Counted from the first letter of the whole stretch, positions 1 to 12,084 are shown. The stretch is 63,778 bases of DNA, filler included, from Octopus bimaculoides (GCF_001194135.2; 8 parts of 8 records of this genome joined end to end with filler, not necessarily neighbours in it); one strand, 5' to 3'. Notes: generated by a model from the letters alone, not told the origin. Made by a program: numbers and translations.

Positions 1-419
1 GTGGGGGTGGGGTGGGGGATGGCATTACCACCCACTTTGGGAACCACTGGTCTATACTTTTAATCTCTCCACTGACATGAAGCTCTTCCCCCACACCCAG
101 CTCAATGCCACTCCCCCTCCCCTCACTCCGAGTTGAGGGGGGGTTTTCTCTTGCAAAGTACTTAGTGACCCTGTTGGTGCTGGTGCCACATGATCAGAAC
201 TGGTGCTGCTGCCATGTGAAAGCACCCAGTACACTGTAAAGGGTTTGACATCGGTAGTGGTGATGGTGGTGCCTGAACAGACAATGAAAATGGTGTGGCT
301 TCCAGCCTTGCCAATTCCTGTGAAACTGTCAACCCATGAGAGCATGGAAAATGGACTTTGGTGATGATGATGATGGAATATATATTTAACTATGATCTGC
401 TATCTTACTTTTTCTAGGT

Positions 420-606
420 TCAGGCATGGCGGTCTGGTAAGAAGCTTGCTGCTCAACCACATGGTTCTGGGTTCAGTCCCACTGTGTGGCACCTTGGGTA
501 GGTGTCTTCTACAATAGCCTCAGGCTGACCAAAGGTTTGGTAGGGGATTTGGTAAATGGAAACCGAAAGAAGCTTGATGTGTGTGTATATATATATATGT
601 ATGTAT

Positions 607-646
<40 letters not shown>

Positions 647-830
647 TTGTGTGTGTATCTGTGTTTGTCCCCACCATCACTGCTTGGCAACCAGAGTTGG
701 TGTGTTTAGATTCCCTTAGCTTAGCAGTTTGCCAAAAGTACTGGGGTTGGTACATTTGACTAAAAATACCTCAAGGCAGTGCCCCCAGCATGACCGCAGT
801 CTAATGACTGACACAGGCAAAAGATAAAAG
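420..830 (+). mobile_element. tRNA-derived SINE (family B), near full length
   Basis: tRNA-like head, GGCACCTTGGGYAAGTGTCTTCTAC core, internal (TA/CA)n and CCAGCATGRCCGCAGTC-AATGACTGA tail. The same sequence recurs at 34190-34499, 40535-40620 and 53120-53288, and as minus-strand tails at about 11855, 33485, 37235 and 63735. Confidence 0.8.
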
Positions 831-1139
831 ATATATAAGCAATAGGCTTCCTCACAGTTTCCATCAACTAAATCCACCCACTGCACTGAACCAGAAATAA
901 AATTAGTGTGACCATGACTTTATAATCTTTATGCTCTTCCTGCTGTTCTTTTAAAAAAGCAAGACATAAAATTGTCAAATTTGTCCCAAACACACTATGA
1001 TATTACACAGAATGAATGTGTACCTGTAGCTTGTAAATATGAAGATTTTAGCATAAGCTACAGCTTGTCTGTAAAGGATTGCAAAATTTCCACTGTTGAA
1101 TGTCTGCTGTTCAATTAATTATCTCATAAAGCTTATGCT

Positions 1140-1160
1140 GTCGTTTCTCTGTCATTTCAG
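1140..1160 (+). other. Probable splice acceptor of the zinc-finger terminal exon
   Basis: Pyrimidine tract TTTCTCTGTCATTTCAG ends at 1160, about 280 bp upstream of the ZNF ATG. Confidence 0.5.
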
Positions 1161-1442
1161 AATGTCTGATGGTATTGGCAGCAGAAGCAATATAGCTTGA
1201 GATGATGGTTTAAAGATTAAAGGAACATATTATACAAAGCAGATGTAACTATATTCATATAAACCTGTGATGGAATTGCCATGAAATATTTCCAGAAGAC
1301 AAGGATATTTATTTGAAATACAATATAAAAATGGAAAGGAAAAGAGATCATAAAAAAGAAAGGAAGTTTATGGAAAATGCCTGATGTTTGTGCTGCATTA
1401 AATGTGAAGAAAGAAAGAAAATGAAGTGATTTACTTGATAAG

Positions 1443-2240
1443 ATGTCGAAAAAGAACGGTAAAACTTCATATCAATGTGATATTTGTAAAAAGACATTCC
1501 AGAAAAAACGTGACCTAACTACTCACAAGAAAAGTCATTCAGGAGAAAAGCCATATCACTGTGATATCTGTGGTAATTTATTCTTGTTGAAACATAACTT
1601 AACTGTACACAAACGTATTCACACAGGAGAGAGGCCTTACAGCTGTGATATCTGTGGTAAATCTTTCAAACAAAGTGGTGACTTAAAGGCTCACAAACGC
1701 ACTCACACAGGAGAGAAACCATATCGTTGTGATATCTGTGGTAAATCCTTTTCACAAGGCAACCAAGTTACTATACACAAACGCATTCATACAGGAGAGA
1801 GACCATTTCACTGTGACGTCTGTGGTAAATCCTTCACTGGGAGTCATGTCTTAAAGACTCACAAACACATTCATACTGGAGAAAGACCTCATCACTGTGA
1901 AATCTGTGGTAAATCATTCATTCGAAGTGATCACTTAGCTGCTCACAAACACATTCATACAGGAGAGAGGCCACATCAGTGTGATATTTGTGGCAAATCA
2001 TTCTCTCGTACCCATCACTTATCTATTCACAAACGTATTCATACAGGAGAGAAACCATATCAGTGTGAAATCTGTGGTAGAGCTTTCTCTCAGAAACCTG
2101 ATTTAATTGCCCACAAACGTATTCATACAGGAGAGAAGCCATATCGCTGTGATAGTTGTGGTAAATCATTCTCTCATCCAAATACCTTAACTACACACAA
2201 ACGTATTCATTGCGGACAAAAATTGGAAAACAATTTCTAG
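1443..2240 (+). CDS. C2H2 zinc-finger protein, 9 tandem fingers, no effector domain visible
   Basis: The 265-aa ORF has nine CxxC-x12-HxxxH repeats joined by [S/T]GE[K/R]P linkers. Confidence 0.93.
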   Translation: MSKKNGKTSYQCDICKKTFQKKRDLTTHKKSHSGEKPYHCDICGNLFLLKHNLTVHKRIHTGERPYSCDICGKSFKQSGDLKAHKRTHTGEKPYRCDICGKSFSQGNQVTIHKRIHTGERPFHCDVCGKSFTGSHVLKTHKHIHTGERPHHCEICGKSFIRSDHLAAHKHIHTGERPHQCDICGKSFSRTHHLSIHKRIHTGEKPYQCEICGRAFSQKPDLIAHKRIHTGEKPYRCDSCGKSFSHPNTLTTHKRIHCGQKLENNF

Positions 2241-2817
2241 TCAATCATAAATCCTTTAAAAGTTATTTACATGTGATGTGTACGTGCAACTATTGATCGG
2301 AAGCTCTTGTTACATGTGCTATCTCTACATAAACAATTGTCAATAAATAAATGTTGATCAGTTAATTTCTCCAGTCTAGCTTTACCATGTACAGAGAGAG
2401 TGTTAATGTACAAGGAGTGGGATGATTGCACATAGTAGGGTTGGTGGCAGGCAAGGAGTAGATATTGCACATATTGAGAGAGAATCATAGAAACAGAGAA
2501 GGGGGATAAATGATACTAGATATGGGAAAAGTTATACGAATGGGAAATTATTTTTATTTTAGGGTAATAAATTTTTTTCTTTTGAAAATTTGTATTCATT
2601 TTATCATTTAGTAATATTCTTTATTTACTGATGAGAAAAAAAAGGGAGGGGGTAGAGCAACAAGATGAAGGGTAAGAGGTAATGAGCCACATATCTCAGG
2701 GCAAGAGGGATGCTTGGATTTGCCCAGCGGTAATTACTGTGGTGGTGTTGCTGCCGGGAATGGCCAGTGAATCATTGCAATAGCCACTCCACCTTGTGGG
2801 GCTCGTTTTTTTGACAG

Positions 2818-2885
2818 GATGCTGTGTGGAGGAAGTCGATGGTACGGGCTGCTGTGTGGAGGAAATCGATGGTACGGGCTGCTGT
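2818..2885 (+). repeat. 30-bp minisatellite running into a gap
   Basis: GCTGTGTGGAGGAARTCGATGGTACGGGCT occurs twice or more, then Ns. Confidence 0.75.
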
Positions 2886-3299
2886 NNNNNNNNNNNNNNN
2901 NNNNNNNNNNNNNNNNNNNNNNNNNNNNNNNNNNNNNNNNNNNNNNNNNNNNNNNNNNNNNNNNNNNNNNNNNNNNNNNNNNNNNTATATATATATATAT
3001 ACATATACATTTCTTTCTCTAATTCTTTTTTCTCCCCTTCACCGTTTTCTGACTCTCTCTCTCACTCTCACTCTCTTTATCCTTTACTCTCTCTCTCTCG
3101 TCGCCCACACGCGACCATCGTCCATCTTTCTTTTCCTCACGTAATCGTCTTTTCTTTCTTTCTGTCTAACAGACCAGACGCATTCTTATCTGTCTCCTCT
3201 TCTATCTTTTCTCTTGTCAAAGACAATATTTCATTCCTCTAGCGTTCGCTACCTTACCTCGTCTGGCCTAACAGCCCTCCATGTTTCTTTTCTTTTGGT

Positions 3300-3560
3300 T
3301 TGTTGTATGTCTCCACTGTCCTGTTTTTGTTACCAACTGTTACCCTCCACAAATCCCAAATTTTATTTTGATTCGCAGGAGCAATTGCTTTCTTGAATCC
3401 TCATATTGTCGTAAATTGCTCGAAACGGGGAGTAGATGGACAGCCGGCAACTGATGAAGGGTCGTTTTTTATGTTACTTGTTTTGTTTTCCATTTGTTTC
3501 TTTCGTTGTTCGTATACCAAAGTTTGTTTTCGTATTTCATGTTGTTTACGTTTTGTGACG
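3300..3560 (+). mobile_element. Penelope-like terminal-repeat remnant with degenerate hammerhead halves
   Basis: TGCTCGAAAC..GGAGTAGATGGACAGCCGGCAACTGATGAAGGGTCG is homologous to 11995-12085 and similar to 50900-51100. An 8-bp stem GAGCAATT/AATTGCTC precedes GAAAC. Confidence 0.5.
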
Positions 3561-3675
3561 TCCTGTACCGGTATGTGCATATATATGTAGATTATTATAT
3601 AATATATATATGTGTGTGTGTGTGTGTATGTATATATTATATTATATAATTGAACGCCACACATCCATTTCCAAG

Positions 3676-3721
<46 letters not shown>

Positions 3722-3722
<1 letters not shown>

Positions 3723-4130
3723 TACATATGTGGGAAATTCTGTCTGTGGGTGTGTTTGTTTGCGGAGTTGTTAGCTAACTCCTACAACGTTTTATCGATT
3801 TTGATGAAACTTGACATGTGAGTAGAATTCATGTTTGGAAATCTCATGGCACACTTAGATTGCTGAAAAAAAAAATCGATAATAGGGCTCCTGGAAGGGA
3901 TCTTTATATAAAACTAATATATTTTAACAGCGAAGGGAAATAACCCATTCATTTTCCTATATTATTTGGTGTAAATCAAATTGAGTATGCTTATTTCTTA
4001 GTATTTCAACTGTTAGAGTTATTTTCGCAATTTATCCAGTACAATGCTTAAACACGTAAATAGTATTTTCCTAAACAATAGATCCACTTTTTTTCGGTTA
4101 GTGACTTATTCACGAATATACCAACACTAG
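3722..4130 (+). mobile_element. Helitron-family 5' end / non-autonomous fragment
   Basis: ACTACATATGTGGGAAATT...GTTTGTTTG...TCGATTTTGATGAAACTTGAC matches the reverse complement of about 14350-14587, which leads into a Helitron Rep coding region. Confidence 0.65.
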
Positions 4131-4957
4131 CGCCACTGAGGGTCATATTCTCTGGGAACGCACAGAAGCCCTTTTCAGAGTTATTTACTTTGAATTGTTA
4201 TTATCTCATATTTGATTAGCCTGTTATTACGTAACACGCTTCCGGATTTTAGTATACATACCTTATTAGTATTTCCTCCTAAGTTCTATGTTCCATGCCC
4301 CTTTTCGGGGCTACTTTATTTGAATTCTTACTATCGGGTAACTAATTTCAAGTTTAGAAATAATGCATTTCTAAATCTCCCAGAGAGATTTATGCAGTGA
4401 TGATACGTTGAAGTAGTTGTATGCTGTCAACTTAATGTGACAGTCCCCTGAAGGGAATAACACTACTGTTGGTTAGACCTAGGAAGCTGCACCGCTTCCT
4501 GTCGGCCTTGACACATTTCCTGTGTCCTTATGTTTACAAGTCATGCTACTGCAGACTGATGACGAGCAAAGATTTTCCGAAAATCCGCCCAGGGCTGTTG
4601 AACGGAAAATTCTATTTTACAAAACTGTTTTTTGTCTTCAATAACCGCCCACCTATAATAAGCGCCCATGGGCGGTAATATGGAAGTAAAATATTTCACC
4701 TAGGAAAAACAAAGATATTGTCAAAAGCCATATTTATTTTATACAATTCCATTGAGCTTCTATCATTTCAGTTATCAGATATATAGATATAAAGAAACTG
4801 AAACAGTATTGAAAGAAGTAGCATATTAAAAAATATTCTCAAATTAACAATGGATCTATTAGGAAATATTGAAAATTAAACTGTTGAAAACAAAAATAGA
4901 AGCCTCATATGAACAAATAATGTCCTTGGGCATTTATGCTAGAATAATAACCGAATA

Positions 4958-5162
4958 TTCTGTTGTGTCTGGGGAGAGTCATTTTCTTATGCCTTAAAAT
5001 TTAACACACTCACCAGTAAAAGAGTCAAGACTCTTGAAAAGGTTGCAAGACGCAACGAAATTTTTAGGAAAATAAAAATAAGAAATAAGTGGAAATTTTA
5101 ACGGTGAGTGTGTTAAATTTTAAGGCACAATAAGAAAATGACTTTCCCCAGACACAACAGAA
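4958..5162. mobile_element. MITE with about 60-bp TIRs and TA target duplication, nested in the pogo element
   Basis: TTCTGTTGTGTCTGGGGA...CACACTCACC and its inverse GGTGAGTGTG...CCCCAGACACAACAGAA, with TA on both sides. Confidence 0.8.
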
Positions 5163-6092
5163 TATGCTTCAACACACGAAATCACATAAAAAATCTTGAT
5201 AACCAAATCCAAAAACGAAAAATAACCGAATAGTTTCAAGTTAAATATCACGAATTTGTTCATTTATTGCTTGGCCATAATTCACATCGGAGCAAATTTC
5301 ATTTACTTGTATCTCATCTTCTTCAATTTCGTCATTATGTGCATCTGGTGTATTTACCTCAAGGCCAGACAAAACATCATGTAAACGTGAGTTTAAGAGG
5401 CTATGTTCTACAGTCTGTCCACGAGGAGTAATTCCACGCTTTATAGCTTATTTATTTAAAGTGGCAACAGCTTGGATCACAAAGTTCACTATCTCTTGAT
5501 AAGAAGGTTTTTTTACGATATCCTTTATTTGTATACTCCTTTTTGCCATTTTAAAACCAATTCCCCCATTCAGCACGAACGGCTTTCTTGAAAGGACCAA
5601 TAACTGATACAAGATGTTGTTTTAGGAGGTATAAGTTCAAGAATTGTATTCCTACGTTTGAACACTTCCAGGAGCTCTGTTTTCTTGTGCACGGAGCATT
5701 CATCCATGAATAGTACTGAATTTTGAGCATGGAATAGTTGTGCTGTTCTCTGCCCAAACACTTTGTCAGCCCACGGCTGTATGAGTTCATATGTGATTGA
5801 CCCCTTGTTGGAGATTGTTAAGTAAATATTCTTTGGGACCTTGATTTTAGGCACGTTTTTCAACCCTTTAAGGATAATCATTGTTTTCAACACCTTTCCT
5901 GCAGCATTAACACACAAAACAGCAGTAAAACCAGCTCTGGTAGCACCACAGTGGCTAGCATCTACATTTTTATTGCCGACAAAGTCTATGGATGTTGAAC
6001 CCAATATGTCAAAGTATACAGGCGTTCCCTCCATATTATGAATCTGGTCAGAATCGTTATTTGCTGTTAATACTGGAACGCTATCGAGATAG

Positions 6093-6660
6093 GAGGCGCA
6101 ATGGCCCAGTGGTTAGGGCAGCGGACTCGCGGTCATGGGTTCGTGGTTTCGATTTTCTAGTCATTTTCTTAGTCAGAGTGGGCCTTTACGAGCTAGTCTT
6201 CCAGCTTTGCAGGTTTCATAACATCATAATTGAAACTCTTTTCATATAGCAGTAACATAGCAAGTGTTGGGGAGGCGCAATGGCCCAGTGGTTAGGGCAG
6301 CGGACTCGCGGTCATAGGATCGCGGTTTCGATTCCCAGACCGGGCATTGTGAGTGCTTATTGAGCGAAAACACCTAAAGCTCCACGAGGCTCCGGCAAGG
6401 GATGGTGGCGAACCCTGCTGTACTCTTTCACCACAACTTTCTCTCACTCTTACTTCCTGTTTCTGTTGTGCATGTAATTCAAAGGGTCAACCTTGTCACA
6501 CTGTGTCACGCTGAATATCCCCGAGAACTACGTTAAGGGTACACGTGTCTGTGGGGTGCTCAGCCACTTGCACGTTAATTTCACGAGCAGGCTGTGCCGT
6601 TGATCGGATCAACTGGAACCCTCGACGTCGTAAGCGACGGCGTGCCAACAACAAACAACA
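6093..6660 (+). mobile_element. Composite tRNA-SINE insertion: SINE head, about 110 bp of unrelated DNA, then a full SINE (family A) at about 6270-6660
   Basis: Two copies of the head GGCGCAATGGCCCAGTGGTTAGGGCAGCGGACTCGCGGTCAT. A 13-bp TSD GCTATC(G/C)AGATAG lies at 6080-6092 and 6661-6673, and the transposase frame rejoins across it. Confidence 0.85.
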
Positions 6661-7739
6661 GCTATCCAGATAGTCACAGGCGATTTGTGCCTTTTCTCCA
6701 ACTGTTTTATTGTCCGCTTGACCAACATGTGCAATCTTTCTCACAGTCAGTTTATGCCGTTTCATGAAACTGAAAATCCATTTATCAGAACATCTAAAGC
6801 TGTTCATTTCAATTCCAATCCTTTTTACCAATTCAAAAGCATATTCTCGTAAACGGCGATAATTTACAATAATATTGTTTGCGCGCTGAACAACAATCCA
6901 CTGTAAAAGTTCAATCTCTGGATCTCTTTGTGCTGATCCTCTTCCTCCACCAATTGATCTGCGCCTCCTCTTGTCTGACATATTGATTAACTCATTTTCT
7001 TTTGTGCACCATTCTCTCAATCTGACGCAGCAGATAAATTGCCAGAATGTTCTTTCACTCGTTTAATAGCACTCAATGTTTTCACTAATGGTATATGATC
7101 GTCGAACACGTTTTGATATATTTTCTTTCGACTCCATTATTGGGAATAAAAATCCTTCGAGTTTATCTATAGACGCAGAGCAAATGAAAGTCTAAACGGA
7201 ATGTAAACAAGAACACTAACTCTTTCAACTTTTAGCCTCAAATAACCACCCATCCAAATAAACGCCCATGGGCGATCTAATGGACGGGTGGATTTTCGGA
7301 AAACCCCGGTATATGTGTATATTTATGTATATATATATATATATTTATAAAGCAACGTAAAGGTAGAAGTATAATATAGAATAGTGGTAGAACAAGGCAT
7401 CAATGTTTACTTGAAATAGCAGTCGATAAATTTACCACGCTATAGTACGGTGCTTTATTTGACTGGAAAGTAATACATTTGTATTGCAATATTTAATTTT
7501 TTTATTGAAAACTTTTTCACTGTTCTCGGTTCTGTTAAAGGCTGAGTATTCAGGCGAGTATACCTGCATTGATGTGGCAACATTTGAAATATTGTGCAAA
7601 TAAATCTAGCTGGAGAAGACTAATCAAATTTACGATAACAAACGTATTTGAAGAGTGAGGAACCTAGGTACTAACTTATCCGATTCTGGGTTGTCAATTT
7701 ATCTAATGTTCTTCCTAGAGGTAAGACGAAATTTTCTGT

Positions 7740-9351
7740 TCGCTCCCCTCACGTCTTTGCCAGACGGTAGTTCGCTGCAAGATTTGTTTCCCTTTTTGAA
7801 AACTGGAACGACACACTGGGAAAGAAAATGTAGCTTGCGTCAAGTGAGTTCCTCCAGAGCTCAGCTAGAGGAGGTGCAACTTGATGTCGGCTTCAGGACA
7901 ATGGCCGAGAACTTATCGGGACCTACTGCCGAGTTGTGCTCGATCTTATTTATTTCTGTTAGAATATCAGGAGCACCAAAAGTTGTCACATAGTTAGCTG
8001 AGGGTTTACCCCACTGATACTAGCCAGAGAGTGTTTATTGAGCGAAAACACCTAAAGCACCACGAGGCTCCGGCAGGGGATGGTGGCGAACCCTGCTGTA
8101 CTCTTCCACCACAACTTTCTCTCACTCTTACTTCCTGTTTCTGTTGTGCCTGTAATTCAAAGGGCCAGCCTTGTCACACACTGTGTCACGCTGAATATCC
8201 CCGAGAACTACGTTAAGGTTACACGTTTCTGTGGAGTGCTCAGCCAGTTGCACGTTAATTTCACGAGCAGGCTGTTCCGTTGGTCGGATCAACTGGAACC
8301 CTCGACGTCGTAAGCGACGGAGTGCCAACAATCAACTAACCAGATCAACCGTATTAGCGTTACTGAAAACAGAACAGTATTGTCTCCGCAGTAACTTGCA
8401 CATGGATTTTGCATCACCATGTAGTGTTGTTCTCATCAACAACAGGACCAACTGTGGAAACAGCGACTTTATGTTTTTTTTTTGCAAATGAAAAGAACAC
8501 TTTGGGATTGAGTTTTATTTTCTCAAGGGCCCAATTCTCCTCAGCTGTATTTTGTTTGTTAATGTTGATCATCATGCTTTTTTGGAGGTTGTATGTTTTT
8601 CAATTCTAGTGATGCAGTCGAATGGGTGCGTTGGTGCTGATAATGTATAAGTTGGTCGATTTTTTTTAGTTAAGGCTTTTTATTTTTCTGATAATTGCTC
8701 TTCTATTTCTAGGGATTCTGCACTTGGATTTGTTTACTGATCTTAATGGAGTACGTTTTGCGCAGTATCTTCAAATGTCTGCCATGTCGTGTTTATGTTG
8801 TGGGGCGGAGAATGCGTGCGTGAAGGCCCAATCAACTTGTGAAAGATCATGGTTGATCGTATCCCAGTCTGCATTATGAAGATCTATAGTATCAAATGGA
8901 TGGGCTGGTGAGGTGTCGTTAGGTTTGATCTATGGACGGTAGAATCTCAGGTTAACAGAGAACCATGTCATGGTCTGAGAGTAGTGGTGTTTTTTCCCAC
9001 TGCAGTATTTTGGATAGTGTCGGTGTGGCTACTGAACACTAGATCCAGGGTGTTTTTGTGACACCTTGTTGGTTCGAGAACAAGTTGGGTCAGGAAAAAC
9101 CCGTCCGTGAAATCAAAAGACAATTCGATTGATTCTTTATCAGGGGTTGAGATAGAAAAATCTGGTTTCAAGCTCTTTGTGGACCAATCAATACTGGGAA
9201 GGTTCAAGTCCCCCATCGTTAACATGTTGTCAGCACGACACTGATGGAGAAAACATGTAATGCTGTTGAGGCATTCCTTGAAGCGTAGTAGAGGAGTAAC
9301 GAGTGGACTATAGAGCCCGACTACTATTAAATTGTTGGTTTTACTATGCAC
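7740..9351 (-). mobile_element. Degraded CR1/jockey-group LINE ORF2 (APE endonuclease to start of RT), interrupted by a SINE
   Basis: MGDLNLPSIDW, LTQLVLEPTR..NTLDLVFS, DHDMV, then AVGPDK and VVPVFKKGNK at about 7780-7950. Confidence 0.75.
8029..8334 (+). mobile_element. 5'-truncated family A SINE
   Basis: Closely matches 6350-6655. TSD-like ACTA(G/A)CCAGA at 8019-8028 and 8335-8344. Confidence 0.85.
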
Positions 9352-10389
9352 AGAAGCTGCTTCACAAAAACCAACATAAAGATGGAAAATAATGTTTATT
9401 TTTGTATATTTACATTTGAAAAGTTTTCTCCTTTTTTAATTGCAAAATCCTCGATCAGATCCTCACTATGACTCCAAGAACACTTTGAAATTATATTTCC
9501 GATCATATAAACCCATATCGAATCTTATTTTAGCAAGCTTAAAGTGTTATTTTTTAAATTTTAATTTGTAATGTAGACCAATTACCATTCCTATGGTGAC
9601 CCACCACTTTCATTGATGCCCTAAGCACGTGCATAATGGTTAATCCAACGCTGCAATTAGGAATTTGATCATTTTATCAACAATTTTTTCTGCTTATAAC
9701 AAAATTACATAATAATCTTTCATTCACACTTTACATATATTTTATTATCTCAGTAGCAATTCAGAAACTTCACATTAATAAGAGACTAATTTTATTAGGA
9801 GATTATCCACAAGAGTTAAACAAGAATAACAGAATAATTGAAAAATATTACACAGTGGTGCTGAAATAGTTTAATGCAATGAAAGAAGAAACACTTTCTC
9901 TTTGGCAGACAAACTTTTACGAATCAAGCGATGTATGAAAGCACATGAATAACATTACCTACATATTAATATTATTCATATTTAGTTGTATATAAAACCA
10001 TGTTAGTTCAATGTTCAGAGCGTAGAATTATTTTGAAATTTAGAATGGACCTATAAGGCACTGGTGTTCTTTGTAAAATTTATGGTAGTAAATAGTTTTA
10101 GTTAAGTATCTTAAAATGTTAGAGGATATTCATTAAAGCAAATGAAGTTTGTAATAATATTAACAATTATTTAGTTATTTATTTATCAATTTCTGCTGTA
10201 GGTATTACACGTGAAATAGTGTATTTATTTGTAGATATACGAGTTCTTAAAATATACACCTTTGCATTAATGATGTATGAGTGTCTAAAATATATTCTTT
10301 TCATATATGCACATGCATCAGAAATTCTCACCGTAAGAAGCTTCGACTCTCTTTAAGTATCCCACACCTGAAATATTTTACTTTCTCGG

Positions 10390-11217
10390 CTAAAACTTTA
10401 GTTCTTTGCGCAATGTCGACATAATCTGAGGCATTTGTTTGCAGCTATTGTATTCCGGATATTTCGAACTTTGGTATTCTAAAGTGGCAACATGGTTACA
10501 GACCGCAGTTAGCAGTTTCAAAATTTCATATTCTGCGCCATATTTCTTCAACACTTTGCTTAAAGTCTGCATAAACCACGAACCTTTGTCTTTATTCCTG
10601 ATTGACGGATATTCTTTATACGACGAATGGAAAACCAACATATCTGCCATAATTGGAATTCTTGGTGGCTTTTCTTCAAATCCGAATCCACAAGCATCGT
10701 TTTTTTCGACTCCAACATCAATCTTACTTCCACGACATGCTTGGATAAAGAATAATTTAGGTATTCCTGTTAAATATGGACAGCGATCGGGTCTCAGGCA
10801 AGAAAGCAATTCGTCTAGCTGAATTTTACCATCGTATCCATATATAATTTCGTCGTCACCTCCATGGCTCAGAATCGCACAAATAAAGCAATCAATATTA
10901 CCTTTAATATCAGGATTATCTTCGTTAAAATCTTCTAAAGCCCTGAGCATTTCCTTGACTGTTGGATCTGTATAAACGTTGATTTCATCTTCACGAAATC
11001 CAAGACTCATTAATGCCGTTTTTAAATCTTCTGTGTCTTTTGATGAGCCATGACGAGTTTCAAGTTTTGGGTCTTTAAAATTTTCGTTGTTGAAGATGTA
11101 TGCAACACCTCGACGTTTATGTGTCATGTCATATTTATCGAAACATTTCATTAAATCTTCCTCAGTTGGTAAATGGAACTTAGCGCCTGTACAGCCGTCT
11201 ACATTTACAGCATCCAT
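10390..11217 (-). CDS. Intron-less caspase-3/7-like protease (copy A, 275 aa, very short prodomain)
   Basis: Intact ORF with LSHG catalytic His, QACRG catalytic Cys, S1 arginines (TRHG, SIR), GSWF and KQMP..STLRKEL. Confidence 0.93.
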   Translation of the reverse strand: MDAVNVDGCTGAKFHLPTEEDLMKCFDKYDMTHKRRGVAYIFNNENFKDPKLETRHGSSKDTEDLKTALMSLGFREDEINVYTDPTVKEMLRALEDFNEDNPDIKGNIDCFICAILSHGGDDEIIYGYDGKIQLDELLSCLRPDRCPYLTGIPKLFFIQACRGSKIDVGVEKNDACGFGFEEKPPRIPIMADMLVFHSSYKEYPSIRNKDKGSWFMQTLSKVLKKYGAEYEILKLLTAVCNHVATLEYQSSKYPEYNSCKQMPQIMSTLRKELKF

Positions 11218-11567
11218 AGTAGTCGATGCAGCAATGTGGTGAGCGGAATATAGTTCCGGGTATGATACATCATTTCTGTCGCATCACCCGACTAACATCA
11301 GATACGCATGCGTTAACGAAATCCAACTGGCTTCGAAATAATTTTCGGCGAAGTATGACTTTTGCATTACGAAGTAACTGAATATTTCCAGTTACTTAAA
11401 ATAGCATTACGTAAAAGTGAAGTTCTTTTCAACAAGCGTTAATCTAAACGCAACTGGTTCACTGTTAAACCACAATCGACTGCTGAGGCATTTCGGCTGC
11501 AGAATGAGGTCACACTTCAGACAAGCTTAAATGCTTTCTATAGAACCACATCCTCTTTCAAATAACA

Positions 11568-11621
11568 ACTTTCTTTCTTTCTTTCTTTCTTTTTTCTTTC
11601 TTTCTTTCTTTCTTTCTTTTT

Positions 11622-11657
<36 letters not shown>

Positions 11658-11661
11658 TTTC

Positions 11662-11696
<35 letters not shown>

Positions 11697-11700
11697 TTTC

Positions 11701-11747
<47 letters not shown>

Positions 11748-11830
11748 TTCTTCCTCCTTTGCTTTTTTCTTTCTTTCTTTCCGTCTTTTTTCTTTTCTCT
11801 TTCTTTCTTTCTCTGTCTGTCTGTCTTTCT
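11568..11830 (+). repeat. (CTTT)n microsatellite marking the inner limit of caspase-flank homology
   Basis: Long CTTT array. The matching (GAAA)n lies at about 19615-19635 upstream of copy B. Confidence 0.9.
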
Positions 11831-12084
11831 TCCTCTCTTTTATTCTATTACTTGTCTCTGACAATTTGACTGCGGCCATGCTGGAGCGCCGCCTTTAGTC
11901 GAGCAAATCGATCGCTGAACCGCCATGTTACGGAGACATAAGCACACCAGCATCGATTGTCAAGCGATGGTGGGGGTGGGAACAAACACAAACACACAAA
12001 CATGCTCGAAGTGAGGAGTAGATAGATAGACAGCCGACAAATGATGAAGGGTCGTTCTGTGTGTTACTTGTCCTGTTTTCCTTT

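Larger units (their letters stand above)
4573..7309 (-). mobile_element. pogo-superfamily DNA transposon; transposase pseudogenised and interrupted by SINE and MITE insertions
   Basis: CENP-B-type HTH region (6661-7020), DDE region (5330-6090: GTPVYFD, FTAVLCVNAAG, LFMDECSVH), and TIR match TTTTCCGAAAATCCRCCC at both ends. The right end is CCGG followed by TA. Confidence 0.85.

Noticed and set aside
4545-4585. Hammerhead from CTGATGACGAGC...CCGAAA
   Set aside because: No helix II pairing; the GAAA belongs to the adjacent pogo TIR.
11531-11879. Lys/Glu/Arg-rich and Phe/Leu/Ser-rich ORFs; also His/Thr, Ile/Tyr and poly-Ile ORFs elsewhere
   Set aside because: Translations of (CTTT)n, (CA)n, (TA)n and (ATT)n microsatellites.
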